In this document: one piece after another, positions 9,811-19,594 of the stretch
How positions within the stretch are numbered: the first letter of the stretch is position 1
How the letters are laid out: each line of letters begins with the position of its first letter
IMG/VR virus record: IMGVR_UViG_3300021399_000099
Location: 32,001-96,000 of that record
Length of the DNA stretch: 64,000 bases
Reading direction: 5' to 3' (one strand)
From: a virus
Lineage: Duplodnaviria > Caudoviricetes
The notes under the pieces: model-generated
Told to the model about the DNA's origin: nothing
The model's input: only the letters and a program-made list of their open reading frames with translations
Databases searched by the model: none
Position numbers and translations under genes: made by a program

Positions 9811-10512
9811 ATGCAACCTACTATCTCACAAATGAAAACTTGGTTCAATGAGTTCAACGCAAAAGTGTTTGACGGAAAACTTCCCATTGTTCCAATCAAG
9901 TTCAACAATACCTATCGCCAACTTGGTCAGTTCTATTGGGGGGTGCGTGGTATTGGCATCAAAATCTCCCTTTTCTACGACCGCACCGAAGAGCAGTACC
10001 GCAACTGCCTGCTCCACGAAATGTGCCATCTCTATTGCTACAATCAAGGGTGGAGAAATGAGCACCACGGACATCGTTGGCAGGCAATAGCCGACAAGGC
10101 ATACCGCATTACCGGACTTTATATCCAACGCACCGAAGACGCAAAGGGCTGGAAACCCGCAAGCGGTAACGCCCAAAAGTACAAGGCGGTAAAGGAAAAA
10201 AGAACCGCCCCCGCTATCCTCGTGGATTTGGATTGTGGTAAATACCATTTCATCGTAAAGACCACGAAAAAGGTTATTTGGGATGCGTGTGACGGAAACG
10301 CAATCAAGGATAGCCGTGTTTGTGGTGTGTATATCAGCGACAACAAGAGGGTGCTTTCTTGGCAGAATAGCCGTTCTCTGCATCGCGGGTACAAGTTCGA
10401 CAAGTGGGAATATGAGCACGATATCGCTCCTATGCTGGAAAAGGCGATGAAAGTGGATAATCTTCGCAAACTCTGTTTTTGGGGTGAGTACGACTGCCTT
10501 GGGGTTCGGTAG
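9811..10512 (+). CDS. SprT-like zinc metalloprotease
   Basis: FNEFN..VFDGKLP, LGQF, LLHEMCH...HGHRWQ (HExxH plus downstream His). Confidence 0.8.
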   Translation: MQPTISQMKTWFNEFNAKVFDGKLPIVPIKFNNTYRQLGQFYWGVRGIGIKISLFYDRTEEQYRNCLLHEMCHLYCYNQGWRNEHHGHRWQAIADKAYRITGLYIQRTEDAKGWKPASGNAQKYKAVKEKRTAPAILVDLDCGKYHFIVKTTKKVIWDACDGNAIKDSRVCGVYISDNKRVLSWQNSRSLHRGYKFDKWEYEHDIAPMLEKAMKVDNLRKLCFWGEYDCLGVR

Positions 10513-10642
10513 TTGTCATTGTGGGTCAGGAGTACGCCCTGACCCCTTTCGTTAAGCCCGGGAGCTCCAGCATTTTAATATACCCCGCAAGTTTGGCACG
10601 GAATATGCATATAGTATAGTGTAACCCCAAAATGACAAAGAT

Positions 10643-11077
10643 ATGACAAAGACCTACGAAGCCAACTGGCACAACCCGGAAACCGGAATCGACATCATCG
10701 TAGCCCGCGGAAGCAAGGACTATGTAACGAAGTGTGCCCAAATGAGCCAGTTCGTACCCTTTACAATCAGGGAGTACCAGACACCTGAAGATATCCGGAC
10801 TGACTACCGGGAATGGCGTAAGGAAAACCAGAACCGCAAGCCTAACCGGGTAATCGTAAAGATGCACTGGGAAGATGATGAGAATACCGAAAAGGGCTAC
10901 CAGATTGGCACTATCGGCATTATCCCCCAGAGCAAGATTGGCAACACCGAAAACATTCCCGGCGATGCCCTTATCCTCTACTATGTATCCAGTCTCGAGG
11001 AACTCATTGGACTGATGAAACCCGGCAACGGAAGTGATTTCATTGTCGATGAAGTGCTGGAGTTCTATAAAGCATAG
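10643..11077 (+). CDS. hypothetical protein
   Basis: ORF after promoter 10594. Confidence 0.8.
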   Translation: MTKTYEANWHNPETGIDIIVARGSKDYVTKCAQMSQFVPFTIREYQTPEDIRTDYREWRKENQNRKPNRVIVKMHWEDDENTEKGYQIGTIGIIPQSKIGNTENIPGDALILYYVSSLEELIGLMKPGNGSDFIVDEVLEFYKA

Positions 11078-11151
11078 CATTGGTACGCACTTGAGTACCT
11101 TTTGGCACGGATATTGCTTATAGTATAGTATAACTAACAAAGGCAAGAAAT

Positions 11152-11511
11152 ATGAAAACTGCACAAGACATTATCAACATCGCAAGGGGAGCACTCATTA
11201 CCCATATCACTACACTTGTAAGGAAGATTGACGGATACCTTGAGTCCGGAAGCAAGCGGCTTATGACCGACCCCGGAGAGAGTGCGGTGCTGGACTTTGT
11301 GGAGTGTGCTTATGTCCCGACCATTACCGTTGAGGTGGATTATCCATGCCTTGAGGAGGTGCGTACCCTTGACTTTATTGCCACAAGCGGTGAGCACAAC
11401 TTCTATGTTGGTGCGGGCGAGAACACCGATATAAATGCTGATGACCTTTCCACGGACGAACTCGTTGTCATCGCCAAGTGCCTTGAAAAAACTTATGGCG
11501 GGATGGAGTAG
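11152..11511 (+). CDS. hypothetical protein
   Basis: ORF after promoter 11103. Confidence 0.8.
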   Translation: MKTAQDIINIARGALITHITTLVRKIDGYLESGSKRLMTDPGESAVLDFVECAYVPTITVEVDYPCLEEVRTLDFIATSGEHNFYVGAGENTDINADDLSTDELVVIAKCLEKTYGGME

Positions 11512-11563
11512 TTTGGCATAGAACTTGCTTATAGTATAGTATAACCAATAAAAACCCAAGATT

Positions 11564-11896
11564 ATGACCGAGAATACCAAAATCGCTATGCAGGCAATCA
11601 ACAAGTGGTTCTACTATGCTATGAACTATCGTATGGTAGAGGTTGAGGTTGCCGACTTTGACGGAAACCACAAGGAGTATCTGCCGGACTTTTTCAACGC
11701 GTTCCCTATGCACCTGCGTAAGCACCTTGCCGGAAAGTGGAACTACGGCTACGAAACCTACGGCTCACGTGCTGCCCTTATGTGGTTCTATGGCGAACTC
11801 TCTTCCAACTATCGCAAAGACCTTATATTGTGGGTGTTGGAGAACTACAATGACGAGTTGAAACTTTCTTTCAAGGAGGAGGACTATTATGAGTAA
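11564..11896 (+). CDS. hypothetical protein
   Basis: ORF after promoter 11514. Confidence 0.8.
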   Translation: MTENTKIAMQAINKWFYYAMNYRMVEVEVADFDGNHKEYLPDFFNAFPMHLRKHLAGKWNYGYETYGSRAALMWFYGELSSNYRKDLILWVLENYNDELKLSFKEEDYYE

Positions 11897-12008
11897 GTGC
11901 CTGGGGGTCAATGACTTCCGGGCTTGTTTAACTCCAGCCACAAGATTATTTTAATATACCCCCCGGAGTTTGGCACACGATTTGCAATATAAGAGTAAAA
12001 CAACGATT

Positions 12009-12272
12009 ATGGAAAAATGCATCACAAAAGGGTTATGGTATGCCTGCACGAAGGATTATGAAAAACTTGGTGCTAAATTCACCGCTGGGAAACTCTATAA
12101 GTGTAACGAGCACCGGGTATTGTGCGATGACCACAATGCGCCGAAAGTCTGTCTTGAAGGCCTCGGCATTTTCCGCAAGGCAACGAAGGAAGAAGTGAAA
12201 GAACATTGGGCGAAGGAACGGAGAAAGAAGAAAGAACTTTTATTGCGTTCCAAAGGCGTTTATTTAGTTTAA
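12009..12272 (+). CDS. basic hypothetical protein
   Basis: Start moved to ATG after promoter 11971. Confidence 0.7.
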   Translation: MEKCITKGLWYACTKDYEKLGAKFTAGKLYKCNEHRVLCDDHNAPKVCLEGLGIFRKATKEEVKEHWAKERRKKKELLLRSKGVYLV

Positions 12273-12326
12273 ACTTTTTGGCACACCTTTTGCAATATCT
12301 ATACTGAAACCAAAAATGCACGAGTT

Positions 12327-12581
12327 ATGACAAAGAAAGAAATCATCAACAAGATTTTCCACCGCCTTTCCGCAAATGCCGGATATGAGGTCTATGTGCC
12401 CAGCTTGCAGAACAAACTCCGCAACGGAAGATGGGGTTTGCACGCCTATTGTATCACGATTGACGATGGCTTTATCGTGTGCCGTCCGTGGGCAGGTGCT
12501 GAAGAGAGTTGGCTCGCCCGGCTTGACCGACTGACAAAGTTCGAGCTCGAGTATATATTGGAAAAATGCCCGGAACTTTAA
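12327..12581 (+). CDS. hypothetical protein
   Basis: ORF after promoter 12279. Confidence 0.75.
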   Translation: MTKKEIINKIFHRLSANAGYEVYVPSLQNKLRNGRWGLHAYCITIDDGFIVCRPWAGAEESWLARLDRLTKFELEYILEKCPEL

Positions 12582-12634
12582 GTTTGGCATAGAACTTGCT
12601 TATAGTATAGTATAACCAATAAAAACAAAAGGAT

Positions 12635-13042
12635 ATGAACACCTCCAATGATTTCCGCAAGACCCTCAGCATTGTCCGCCACGAGATTTTCGATTCCATC
12701 CGTTCCATTATGGAAAAACTGGGCGGCAAGGTATGTTTCCGTATTTACCACGAAAACGACATCATTGACTTTCGCTATACCTTTTTTGAGGTAGATGGCG
12801 ATGGCTACGGACGCGAGCTGTTCCTTGATACAGCAGTGCAGACCCCCGATGGCGACATCACCATTATGCTCCACGATACGGAGGATTCCTATGAACCTAT
12901 GTGGGAATTGGCGGATATGACCACGACCGATGCCCTCTATATGCTGGAAGAGCTGGAGCAAATTGCAGAGTTTCACGCACAATACCCCGACAAGCCAGTT
13001 CTTACCGAGTACAAAGCAGATTTTGATTGGGAGAACTATTAG
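12635..13042 (+). CDS. hypothetical protein
   Basis: ORF after promoter 12585. Confidence 0.8.
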   Translation: MNTSNDFRKTLSIVRHEIFDSIRSIMEKLGGKVCFRIYHENDIIDFRYTFFEVDGDGYGRELFLDTAVQTPDGDITIMLHDTEDSYEPMWELADMTTTDALYMLEELEQIAEFHAQYPDKPVLTEYKADFDWENY

Positions 13043-13085
13043 TCCGGCACGGGTTTTGCAATATAACAAGTAAAACGATAGCACT

Positions 13086-13538
13086 ATGGAATACAAAGTT
13101 GAATGTGACCTTGACCAATTTAATGCTTGGTCCGGCGGAAAAGACACCCTTGACGTCCTTAAAGAAAAGGGTGTATGCGATGAGGTTCAGTTCTTTATTG
13201 AGGAACTATTCTGCGACGAAATCCCCACGGAAACCGCTATCAACGATTTCCTTTGGTTTGAGCGCGATGCTATTGCCCAGCACCTTGGATACGATGATTG
13301 GGACGAGTTTGAGCACGGGGACGAGAACGAGGAGGAAACCTATAAGGACATCAACGGGGTGGAACTTGCCGTCAGCGATGAGGTTAAATGGCACGATGAA
13401 GCCGGATATGACGAGGACGGCTCTATGATTACCTTTACTATTGTGGAGGAAAGAGGGGACGGCTACTTCAATCTTGCCACCGAGGACGAGGACAATCCTG
13501 AAAGGTGGGCATACTACACTGAACTTGAAATTGTATAA
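13086..13538 (+). CDS. highly acidic phage protein (FNAWSGG...INDFLWFE)
   Basis: ORF after promoter 13045; strongly D/E-rich. Confidence 0.8.
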   Translation: MEYKVECDLDQFNAWSGGKDTLDVLKEKGVCDEVQFFIEELFCDEIPTETAINDFLWFERDAIAQHLGYDDWDEFEHGDENEEETYKDINGVELAVSDEVKWHDEAGYDEDGSMITFTIVEERGDGYFNLATEDEDNPERWAYYTELEIV

Positions 13539-13541
13539 GAT

Positions 13542-13769
13542 ATGAACACACACAACGATTGGGAGAACTTGCTCCGCATCTCCAACGAGAACTTGGAAAA
13601 GACCGGATATTCCTTGCTTATTACCGAGGATGAGGACGGCTACTATACCTGCGAGATTCGTAAAGACGGCGAACTTGTGGAAACCTACGCCGAGAACTTC
13701 TATGAGAACGAACTGAGCGACCTTATCATAGAAGCCCACCACCACGTTCTCACCACTTTGGCACGATAG
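13542..13769 (+). CDS. hypothetical protein
   Basis: ORF whose 3' end runs through promoter 13759. Confidence 0.7.
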   Translation: MNTHNDWENLLRISNENLEKTGYSLLITEDEDGYYTCEIRKDGELVETYAENFYENELSDLIIEAHHHVLTTLAR

Positions 13770-13808
13770 TTGCTTATAGTATAGTGTAACCCTAAAAAAG
13801 AAAGAAAT

Positions 13809-14018
13809 ATGAAAGCAGGTTTTGTAAGAGAGATTTACCTCCGTTCCACCCCCTCCATTGACCTTGACCTTGTCACAGAGCAGGTTGATTGCTGCCAGCA
13901 CACTATCCCTATGAGTGTCTATGACGAACTCGTTGCCGAATACTGCGAGAGTGACGATGACAAAATGTCCGCGAATATGTTTATGCTGGTGTCCGGACCT
14001 CAACTCGTCCAGGGCTAA
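13809..14018 (+). CDS. hypothetical protein
   Basis: ORF after promoter 13759. Confidence 0.7.
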   Translation: MKAGFVREIYLRSTPSIDLDLVTEQVDCCQHTIPMSVYDELVAEYCESDDDKMSANMFMLVSGPQLVQG

Positions 14019-14152
14019 AAGCAAGACAAACACCTGGTAGCCAATGAGTTACCAGGTTTCGCTAAGTCCGGACCTGGAGCTATTTTAATATACCCCCGAA
14101 GTTTGGCACACATATTGCATATACTATAGCGTAACCCTAAAAAATTGTTATT

Positions 14153-14839
14153 ATGAAAATGAATATTGAACTCCCCTTCTTCCCCGGTTTTTATGAAACA
14201 AGCCTCGAGAACAGCGACACCACTTACTGCGCTATCAAGGAAGAACTGGACTATTACCGGAAGGACTGCGACACCCCCTGCAAGGAACTCACTGAAGACG
14301 ACCTTGACTTCGATTCTGAGAATTACGAGAAGGACGTGCGTGAAAACTGGGCTGCAGCTTGGAAAGACCACGCCCCGGAAATCGTGCTCTCTCTCGAGAA
14401 TGTTACTATGTGGTCGCCCCGTTACTACAACTTTGACCATGACCGCCTTTATGCAGATATTGAACTTGCCGATAACTGGCAGGACGAAATGCGTCACTTT
14501 ATGGCTTTGAACTATGACTGGCTCAAAGACCGCATCCACGAGGACTGGACTTCCTATGACGGATTTATGTCCTTTATGAGCAACGACATTGACGAGTGGG
14601 GGGATTACCTCTTTGAAAAACTGGACTGCCGTTATATCTCCACGATGCTCGGCTATATGATGCGTGTTGAGAACAAGGACATTTTTGACGACCTTATTAT
14701 GGCTGCCCTTGACGACATTTATGAAGGTATGTATGTGGTTCTTACCGAAGAAGGAGAAGAGAAGGTGAAGAAGGGCATTGAAGATGGCTCAATCAAGGTT
14801 TATGACCCTGACCAGCTCACCATTAACTTCCCGGAATAA
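14153..14839 (+). CDS. acidic phage protein (PFFPGFYET...SPRYYNF.HD...SYDGFMSF)
   Basis: ORF after promoter 14104, flanked by inverted bipartite elements. Confidence 0.85.
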   Translation: MKMNIELPFFPGFYETSLENSDTTYCAIKEELDYYRKDCDTPCKELTEDDLDFDSENYEKDVRENWAAAWKDHAPEIVLSLENVTMWSPRYYNFDHDRLYADIELADNWQDEMRHFMALNYDWLKDRIHEDWTSYDGFMSFMSNDIDEWGDYLFEKLDCRYISTMLGYMMRVENKDIFDDLIMAALDDIYEGMYVVLTEEGEEKVKKGIEDGSIKVYDPDQLTINFPE

Positions 14840-14936
14840 GCTGCAGGGCGGGGGTATATTAAAGTGACTCCCGCCCTTGAGTTAAGCCGCTGGGACTTTG
14901 GCACGCTTATTGCAATAATAAAGAAAAAACAAGATT

Positions 14937-15293
14937 ATGAAAGAGATTTACCTTAACGGAAAAGACGCCTGCATTGACGCTGATTTCTTTGTAGGACTTG
15001 GTGCCGACCGGGACACCATCGTTGTTTCACCGGAGCGTATCAAAAATCTGCACTACATCAAGTTCCAGCTGGATGGTTGTGGCTATACTGCACATTGGTC
15101 TGATTTCAACAACCGCCTGACCATCAAGTGCAACGACCTGGAGCTCAAGGACGGGGAAGTCGCGGACAATCGTCTTTATGCGTTAAGCAAGAAAATCACC
15201 CCGGATATGTTCGGTGACCTGGTTGTGAGGAAAATCGTTGCCTGGCCTGAAGGTGATATGCCGGAACTTATGATAATCCTTTACGAGAAATAA
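14937..15293 (+). CDS. hypothetical protein
   Basis: ORF after promoter 14899. Confidence 0.8.
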   Translation: MKEIYLNGKDACIDADFFVGLGADRDTIVVSPERIKNLHYIKFQLDGCGYTAHWSDFNNRLTIKCNDLELKDGEVADNRLYALSKKITPDMFGDLVVRKIVAWPEGDMPELMIILYEK

Positions 15294-15358
15294 ACTTTGG
15301 CATACCATTTGCAATATAACAAGTACAACACAAGTTCAACCTTTAAATCCAATTAGTT

Positions 15359-15640
15359 ATGATGAATTTCGACCAAGTAAATGACAAGATTACAAAGAAT
15401 GGTTTCCGGAGGCACGCAGGAACGCGGACGAACTATATCGAGGAAACCAACACCACCCAGAAAGTGTATGACTATGAGCACCGGAAGAAGTTGGATATGT
15501 TTTCCGTATATACCAATGAGTTCGGTTCGGTTGAATACATCGAATATACGAAGGTGGATTTCAACCCGGAAACACGCAAGTACGCCCAAAAAGTAACCAT
15601 CATCAACAATCTTGCCGACCTCAACAAGATTTTGGGTTAG
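15359..15640 (+). CDS. hypothetical protein
   Basis: ORF after promoter 15298. Confidence 0.8.
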   Translation: MMNFDQVNDKITKNGFRRHAGTRTNYIEETNTTQKVYDYEHRKKLDMFSVYTNEFGSVEYIEYTKVDFNPETRKYAQKVTIINNLADLNKILG

Positions 15641-15691
15641 TTTGGCACGCGATTTGCAATATAGTAAGTATAACCAAAAAACAACAAGAAT

Positions 15692-16489
15692 ATGAGCCAT
15701 TTTATTGGATTGGTCTTTCTGCGACCTGATGCAGACCTTGAAGAAACCCTCGCCCCCTTCAACGAACAGGATGAACTCTACATGCAGTTCGTTGATAAGA
15801 CGGACGAGGTAAAGGAGCAGTGGGACAAGACACCGGAAACCTGCCCCAGCGAAGGCACTTTCATCGAGGAGATTGACCGCACCGACCTTATCAACGAGAT
15901 TTGGGACGAAGCGGCTGATACCCTTCCTCCGGAAAAAAAGGACGGCTTTTGGACACCTTACACGAAGGACAAGTATCCCACGCCTACCGACATAGCAAAG
16001 GACAAGGAATATGAGGTAGTGCCGGACGATACCAAGAGGGACGGGGTTCGTTTCGTTCAAAAGGCGGAACGCGAGTGGAAGTATGAGCCGAGCAAGGAAA
16101 AGTTCCCCACGATTGACAAACTTGCAAAGGAGTATTTCGGCTACCGCAAGGTCAATGGTCGCTACGGCTATATGAGCAATCCCAATGCCAAATACGATTG
16201 GTACAGCGAGGGCGGCAGGTGGAGTGGCTATCTTACCAACAAGGAGGGAAAGACCACTGACGTTGAACTGCTGACCGAGGTGGATTGGGACAAGACTGAC
16301 ACGCCTTTCTGCTTTGTCAATGCCAATGGCGAGTGGATTGAGAGGGGCGAAATGGGCTGGTGGGCTATGGTGTCCAATGAAAAGCCGCAAGCGAATTGGG
16401 ATGCCGAGTTCAAGGCGTATGTTCAGTCCCTGCTTGCTGAGCCGGATGCCAACGAGATTGAGGTCTATGCGATTGACTATCATATCTAA
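15692..16489 (+). CDS. phage hypothetical protein (MSHF...NPNAKYDWY..GGRW...GEMGWW...DYHI)
   Basis: ORF after promoter 15643. Confidence 0.85.
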   Translation: MSHFIGLVFLRPDADLEETLAPFNEQDELYMQFVDKTDEVKEQWDKTPETCPSEGTFIEEIDRTDLINEIWDEAADTLPPEKKDGFWTPYTKDKYPTPTDIAKDKEYEVVPDDTKRDGVRFVQKAEREWKYEPSKEKFPTIDKLAKEYFGYRKVNGRYGYMSNPNAKYDWYSEGGRWSGYLTNKEGKTTDVELLTEVDWDKTDTPFCFVNANGEWIERGEMGWWAMVSNEKPQANWDAEFKAYVQSLLAEPDANEIEVYAIDYHI

Positions 16490-16656
16490 CTCTTTCTAAC
16501 TGAATGACTTGGCTGGGCGGATTTAAAGTATCCGTTCAGCTGGGTTTTTAACGCCCGCCCTGGAGAAGTTTTAATATACCCCTACAAAAATATTTCAACA
16601 AAAACAAATCTGGCACGTGTTTTGCATAACTATGCCTGTAACCAATTAATTGCATT

Positions 16657-17196
16657 ATGGAAAGGATAGAAAAGGACTACGGCTATATGCTGAAAGACAA
16701 CTCCGGTGTGACCTATTATCACGGGGGTTGCACCGATAATGGGGTAGTGTATAAGGATTACGAGGCGTTCAAAACCGGGAACGGCATATGCTATATCAGT
16801 GAGTATGAGCTCGAGGACTTGGAGGATAAACTCGAAGAACTTGGTCGGCGTAAGAAGTGGCTGACCGCCGAAGATTATCTTGCAGAGCGTAAAAAGATTC
16901 TCGAGGAGTGCGGGGAAACGAGACAGAGCATCATTGACCAAGTCCGTGATGCTTTCGGTGACGATTACCTTTTGACTGACGAACAGGTCGAGTATTTCGC
17001 CGAAGACGTCTTTGAGTTGGCGGACTGGGCGTGTATTTCAACATATCTCGCCGAAAACTTTAACCTCGACGACCTTATCGAGTTTGACCACAACAAGGGT
17101 ACCGGTATGTTCAGTGATTTCCAGTACGAGGCGGTTATGAACGCTATGTACCCGAAGGATTATGTCGGGGAATATCTCGAGCGGACGGAAAAATAG
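16657..17196 (+). CDS. hypothetical protein
   Basis: ORF after promoter 16611. Confidence 0.8.
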   Translation: MERIEKDYGYMLKDNSGVTYYHGGCTDNGVVYKDYEAFKTGNGICYISEYELEDLEDKLEELGRRKKWLTAEDYLAERKKILEECGETRQSIIDQVRDAFGDDYLLTDEQVEYFAEDVFELADWACISTYLAENFNLDDLIEFDHNKGTGMFSDFQYEAVMNAMYPKDYVGEYLERTEK

Positions 17197-17268
17197 CCAT
17201 ATATGGTACGCACTTGAGTACCTTTTTGGCACGATAGTTGTATATAGTAAGCAAAAACCAATAAAGAT

Positions 17269-17775
17269 ATGAAAAAGACAGACTACAAGCACGGAAAGTT
17301 CACTATCTACACAACCGAGGTTAACCCCGAAGATTTTACCCGGAGTGAGTATGAAACGTGGTGCAAGGACAACGGAATTGAGCCGGGGGATGAGTACGAC
17401 TTCTATGACTATTGCGCAATGGAAACGCAGGCCTATTCTGAATCAGACATGGAGAACATTGAAGATTGCAAGGCGTACAATGTGCCGGTGGTGGTCATGG
17501 GTACGCTGGGTCTGTGGTGGGGGCATCCGGAGATTAGACCGGAGCGTTTCGAGAGTGTTGCCGACGCCATCCATCGGTGCATAGACGGGGGCGATTACAA
17601 CGAGATACACGCGGAGTTCAACGATGGGGTTATAACCGTGGATTGCTATCATCACGATGGGTGCAACTCCTTCACTATCAAGGCATTGTCCAAGAAGGGC
17701 ATCGCCAAGCAGTACGCTGAATACAAGGACTTCGACTTCAAGCGACTGCCTTATCTTTACGCTATCGGCATCTAA
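17269..17775 (+). CDS. hypothetical protein (GTLGLWWG...HHDG)
   Basis: ORF after promoter 17227. Confidence 0.8.
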   Translation: MKKTDYKHGKFTIYTTEVNPEDFTRSEYETWCKDNGIEPGDEYDFYDYCAMETQAYSESDMENIEDCKAYNVPVVVMGTLGLWWGHPEIRPERFESVADAIHRCIDGGDYNEIHAEFNDGVITVDCYHHDGCNSFTIKALSKKGIAKQYAEYKDFDFKRLPYLYAIGI

Positions 17776-17787
17776 AACAGGAAAAAT

Positions 17788-18078
17788 ATGGAAAAGATTA
17801 AAATTAAAGTGACCTACAACCCAGTAACAAGGAAATACATCGCCACCACCAACAGGGGGCGTTATCACCTGTGCAGTTTTTTCAGAAGCGATTCCGGACA
17901 AGTCTGGTCATTTGAAAACGAATCGATGCTAACGACTCAACATATCACAGGTCCGGAGTTCCCCATTGACTACTTCAAGTCCCTGTGCAAGGCATTCTGG
18001 TTTCTCAATTTCGGGGTTCAGGAATTCCCGGAGGTAGAATTAACGCAGGACTCAGGGAAACTGCTGGGTATCAAGTAA
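17788..18078 (+). CDS. hypothetical protein
   Basis: ORF. Confidence 0.75.
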   Translation: MEKIKIKVTYNPVTRKYIATTNRGRYHLCSFFRSDSGQVWSFENESMLTTQHITGPEFPIDYFKSLCKAFWFLNFGVQEFPEVELTQDSGKLLGIK

Positions 18079-18155
18079 TAGGGACTCAATTGAGTACCTT
18101 TTTGGCACGCTTCTTGCATTATACATTATTATTAACCTTTAAAAATACACTTATT

Positions 18156-18560
18156 ATGCTTACACTTATTGTCCTTTTTGCCATCGCGGTTGTTTGTTTC
18201 GTTGCCGGGGCTCTCATTCTAAAATACACTTACGAGGATTACTTGGGGGACTGTCTGGAAGCTATCGGCTCTATTGCGGCATTCGCTCTCATTATCTGTT
18301 CCCTTACCCTCATTAACAAGGACAGGCGATTTGATGCAATTCAGGAGGAGTATCAGGTAATCTCAGTAATGGTTGATAGTTATGACGGGCAGGACTATGG
18401 TAATATGACTGCACTGATAGACGAGGTAGTTCGTATGAATACCCGTATCGCCAACCATAAAGCTTTCTATACGAGCCCTTGGACAGGTATCTGGTACTCC
18501 GAGAAGATTGCTAACCTCGAGCCCATCAAGTTCAGTAAAAATCCCGGGCTCAAAGAGTAG
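18156..18560 (+). CDS. two-TM membrane protein, paralog of 59423-59836
   Basis: Start moved to ATG 18156; shared C-terminal N.RI...KA...S.W.G..Y...IA..EPI-type motif. Confidence 0.8.
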   Translation: MLTLIVLFAIAVVCFVAGALILKYTYEDYLGDCLEAIGSIAAFALIICSLTLINKDRRFDAIQEEYQVISVMVDSYDGQDYGNMTALIDEVVRMNTRIANHKAFYTSPWTGIWYSEKIANLEPIKFSKNPGLKE

Positions 18561-18614
18561 TCTGGCACGGGATTTGCATTATACCATATCGTAACCAATA
18601 AATCATTTCAAATT

Positions 18615-18959
18615 ATGTGCAGAGTAGATAATATCCGGGACAACTACAACGGTCAGACCAAGTTGTATGATTTCTATGCCCAGGCTTTTCCCACTGACAA
18701 GGAAGGTCTCAAGGACATCAACCGCAACGCAACCTTCCAGGACGCCTTTGAGTGTCTCCAGGTCGGGTTCAACTTCTACGCCTTCCTGGGGGTAGATGAC
18801 AGCATTGTACGGGAGAGGATTTTTGACGCACTTGCCACGCTGATGGGCTGTTCCTACGACCACGTTTATTATCAGTGGCTCAACCATAGTCAGGAACCCT
18901 TTGGGCTTCAAATGGTTACGGATATGACCGGGCTTCGTTTCAAAAATCAGGAGGCATAG
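18615..18959 (+). CDS. hypothetical protein (GVDDSIVRERIF...YYQWL)
   Basis: ORF after promoter 18563. Confidence 0.8.
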   Translation: MCRVDNIRDNYNGQTKLYDFYAQAFPTDKEGLKDINRNATFQDAFECLQVGFNFYAFLGVDDSIVRERIFDALATLMGCSYDHVYYQWLNHSQEPFGLQMVTDMTGLRFKNQEA

Positions 18960-18962
18960 CGT

Positions 18963-19145
18963 ATGAAACCAGTTCCTTGCACTATCATCGTTAATAACCG
19001 CTGGGGATATTGTTTCCAGCCTCAGCGGTTCCATTCCATCAACCAGGCGTATCTATATGGAAAGAACTTCCTGGGTGGCTTTGCTTTCAGGATTTTTGAT
19101 ATCGACGGGAAAATAATCAAGTCTGGATACTGCAATCCCGATTAG
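18963..19145 (+). CDS. hypothetical protein
   Basis: ORF ending at next promoter. Confidence 0.65.
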   Translation: MKPVPCTIIVNNRWGYCFQPQRFHSINQAYLYGKNFLGGFAFRIFDIDGKIIKSGYCNPD

Positions 19146-19196
19146 TTTGGCACGCTTCTTGTATATAGTATAGTGTAACCAATAAAACATACAACT

Positions 19197-19574
19197 ATGC
19201 ACGAAGCACTGAAAAAGTTTTGGAAGGACAATCAGTCCAAGCACCTTATCCAGCCCATCACTCTCTGGCTTGGAGAACAACCGGAAGGTGATTACCGGAA
19301 CGAGGAAACCGGAATCAAGGGATTTACCTTTGACGAGCACATCGGTATTGAGGCAGTCAAGGAGATTGCCGGAAAGGGCCTCTATGTCTATGCTATGAGG
19401 CACGGTGATGATTGGTGCGAGCCGGCGAGCATCGAGAAGAATGAGGTCATAGTCAATTTCTACGCGTATCTCGTTGTAGATGAACCACTTGACTTCCTCT
19501 TTGCCGAGAAGGATTGGAGCGAAGACCTTGCAGATTGGTCTATGGATTGGGGCGATGAATATTACTGGGTTTAA
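19197..19574 (+). CDS. LPD28-like domain protein
   Basis: YVYAMRHGDDWCEPASIE...VIVNFY resembles the large-polyvalent-protein domain 28 pattern (from memory). Confidence 0.5.
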   Translation: MHEALKKFWKDNQSKHLIQPITLWLGEQPEGDYRNEETGIKGFTFDEHIGIEAVKEIAGKGLYVYAMRHGDDWCEPASIEKNEVIVNFYAYLVVDEPLDFLFAEKDWSEDLADWSMDWGDEYYWV

Positions 19575-19594
19575 CAACTAAAAATCAATCAATT

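Larger units (their letters stand above)
401..16582. repeat. 14 copies of bipartite element GGGGTATATTAAA(A/T/G)-N17-(T/C)TAA in both orientations
   Basis: Forward box start/TTAA start: 1476/1507, 2314/2345, 3060/3091, 5210/5241, 8092/8123, 8942/8973, 14851/14882. Reverse TTAA start/box start: 401/422, 4368/4389, 6219/6240, 10552/10573, 11928/11949, 14062/14083, 16548/16569. Confidence 0.9.

Noticed and set aside
3090-14887. Integron attC sites (GTTAAGC matches GTTRRRY in 6 of the 14 elements)
   Set aside because: The other 8 copies do not match, there is no consistent complementary RYYYAAC, cassettes carry their own promoters, and no IntI is in the window.
15353-16483. Long antisense ORFs (also 13206-14033, 20516-21229, 55488-56528, 59933-60823, 61895-62761)
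   Set aside because: They shadow well-supported genes on the opposite strand and lack promoters or recognisable motifs.
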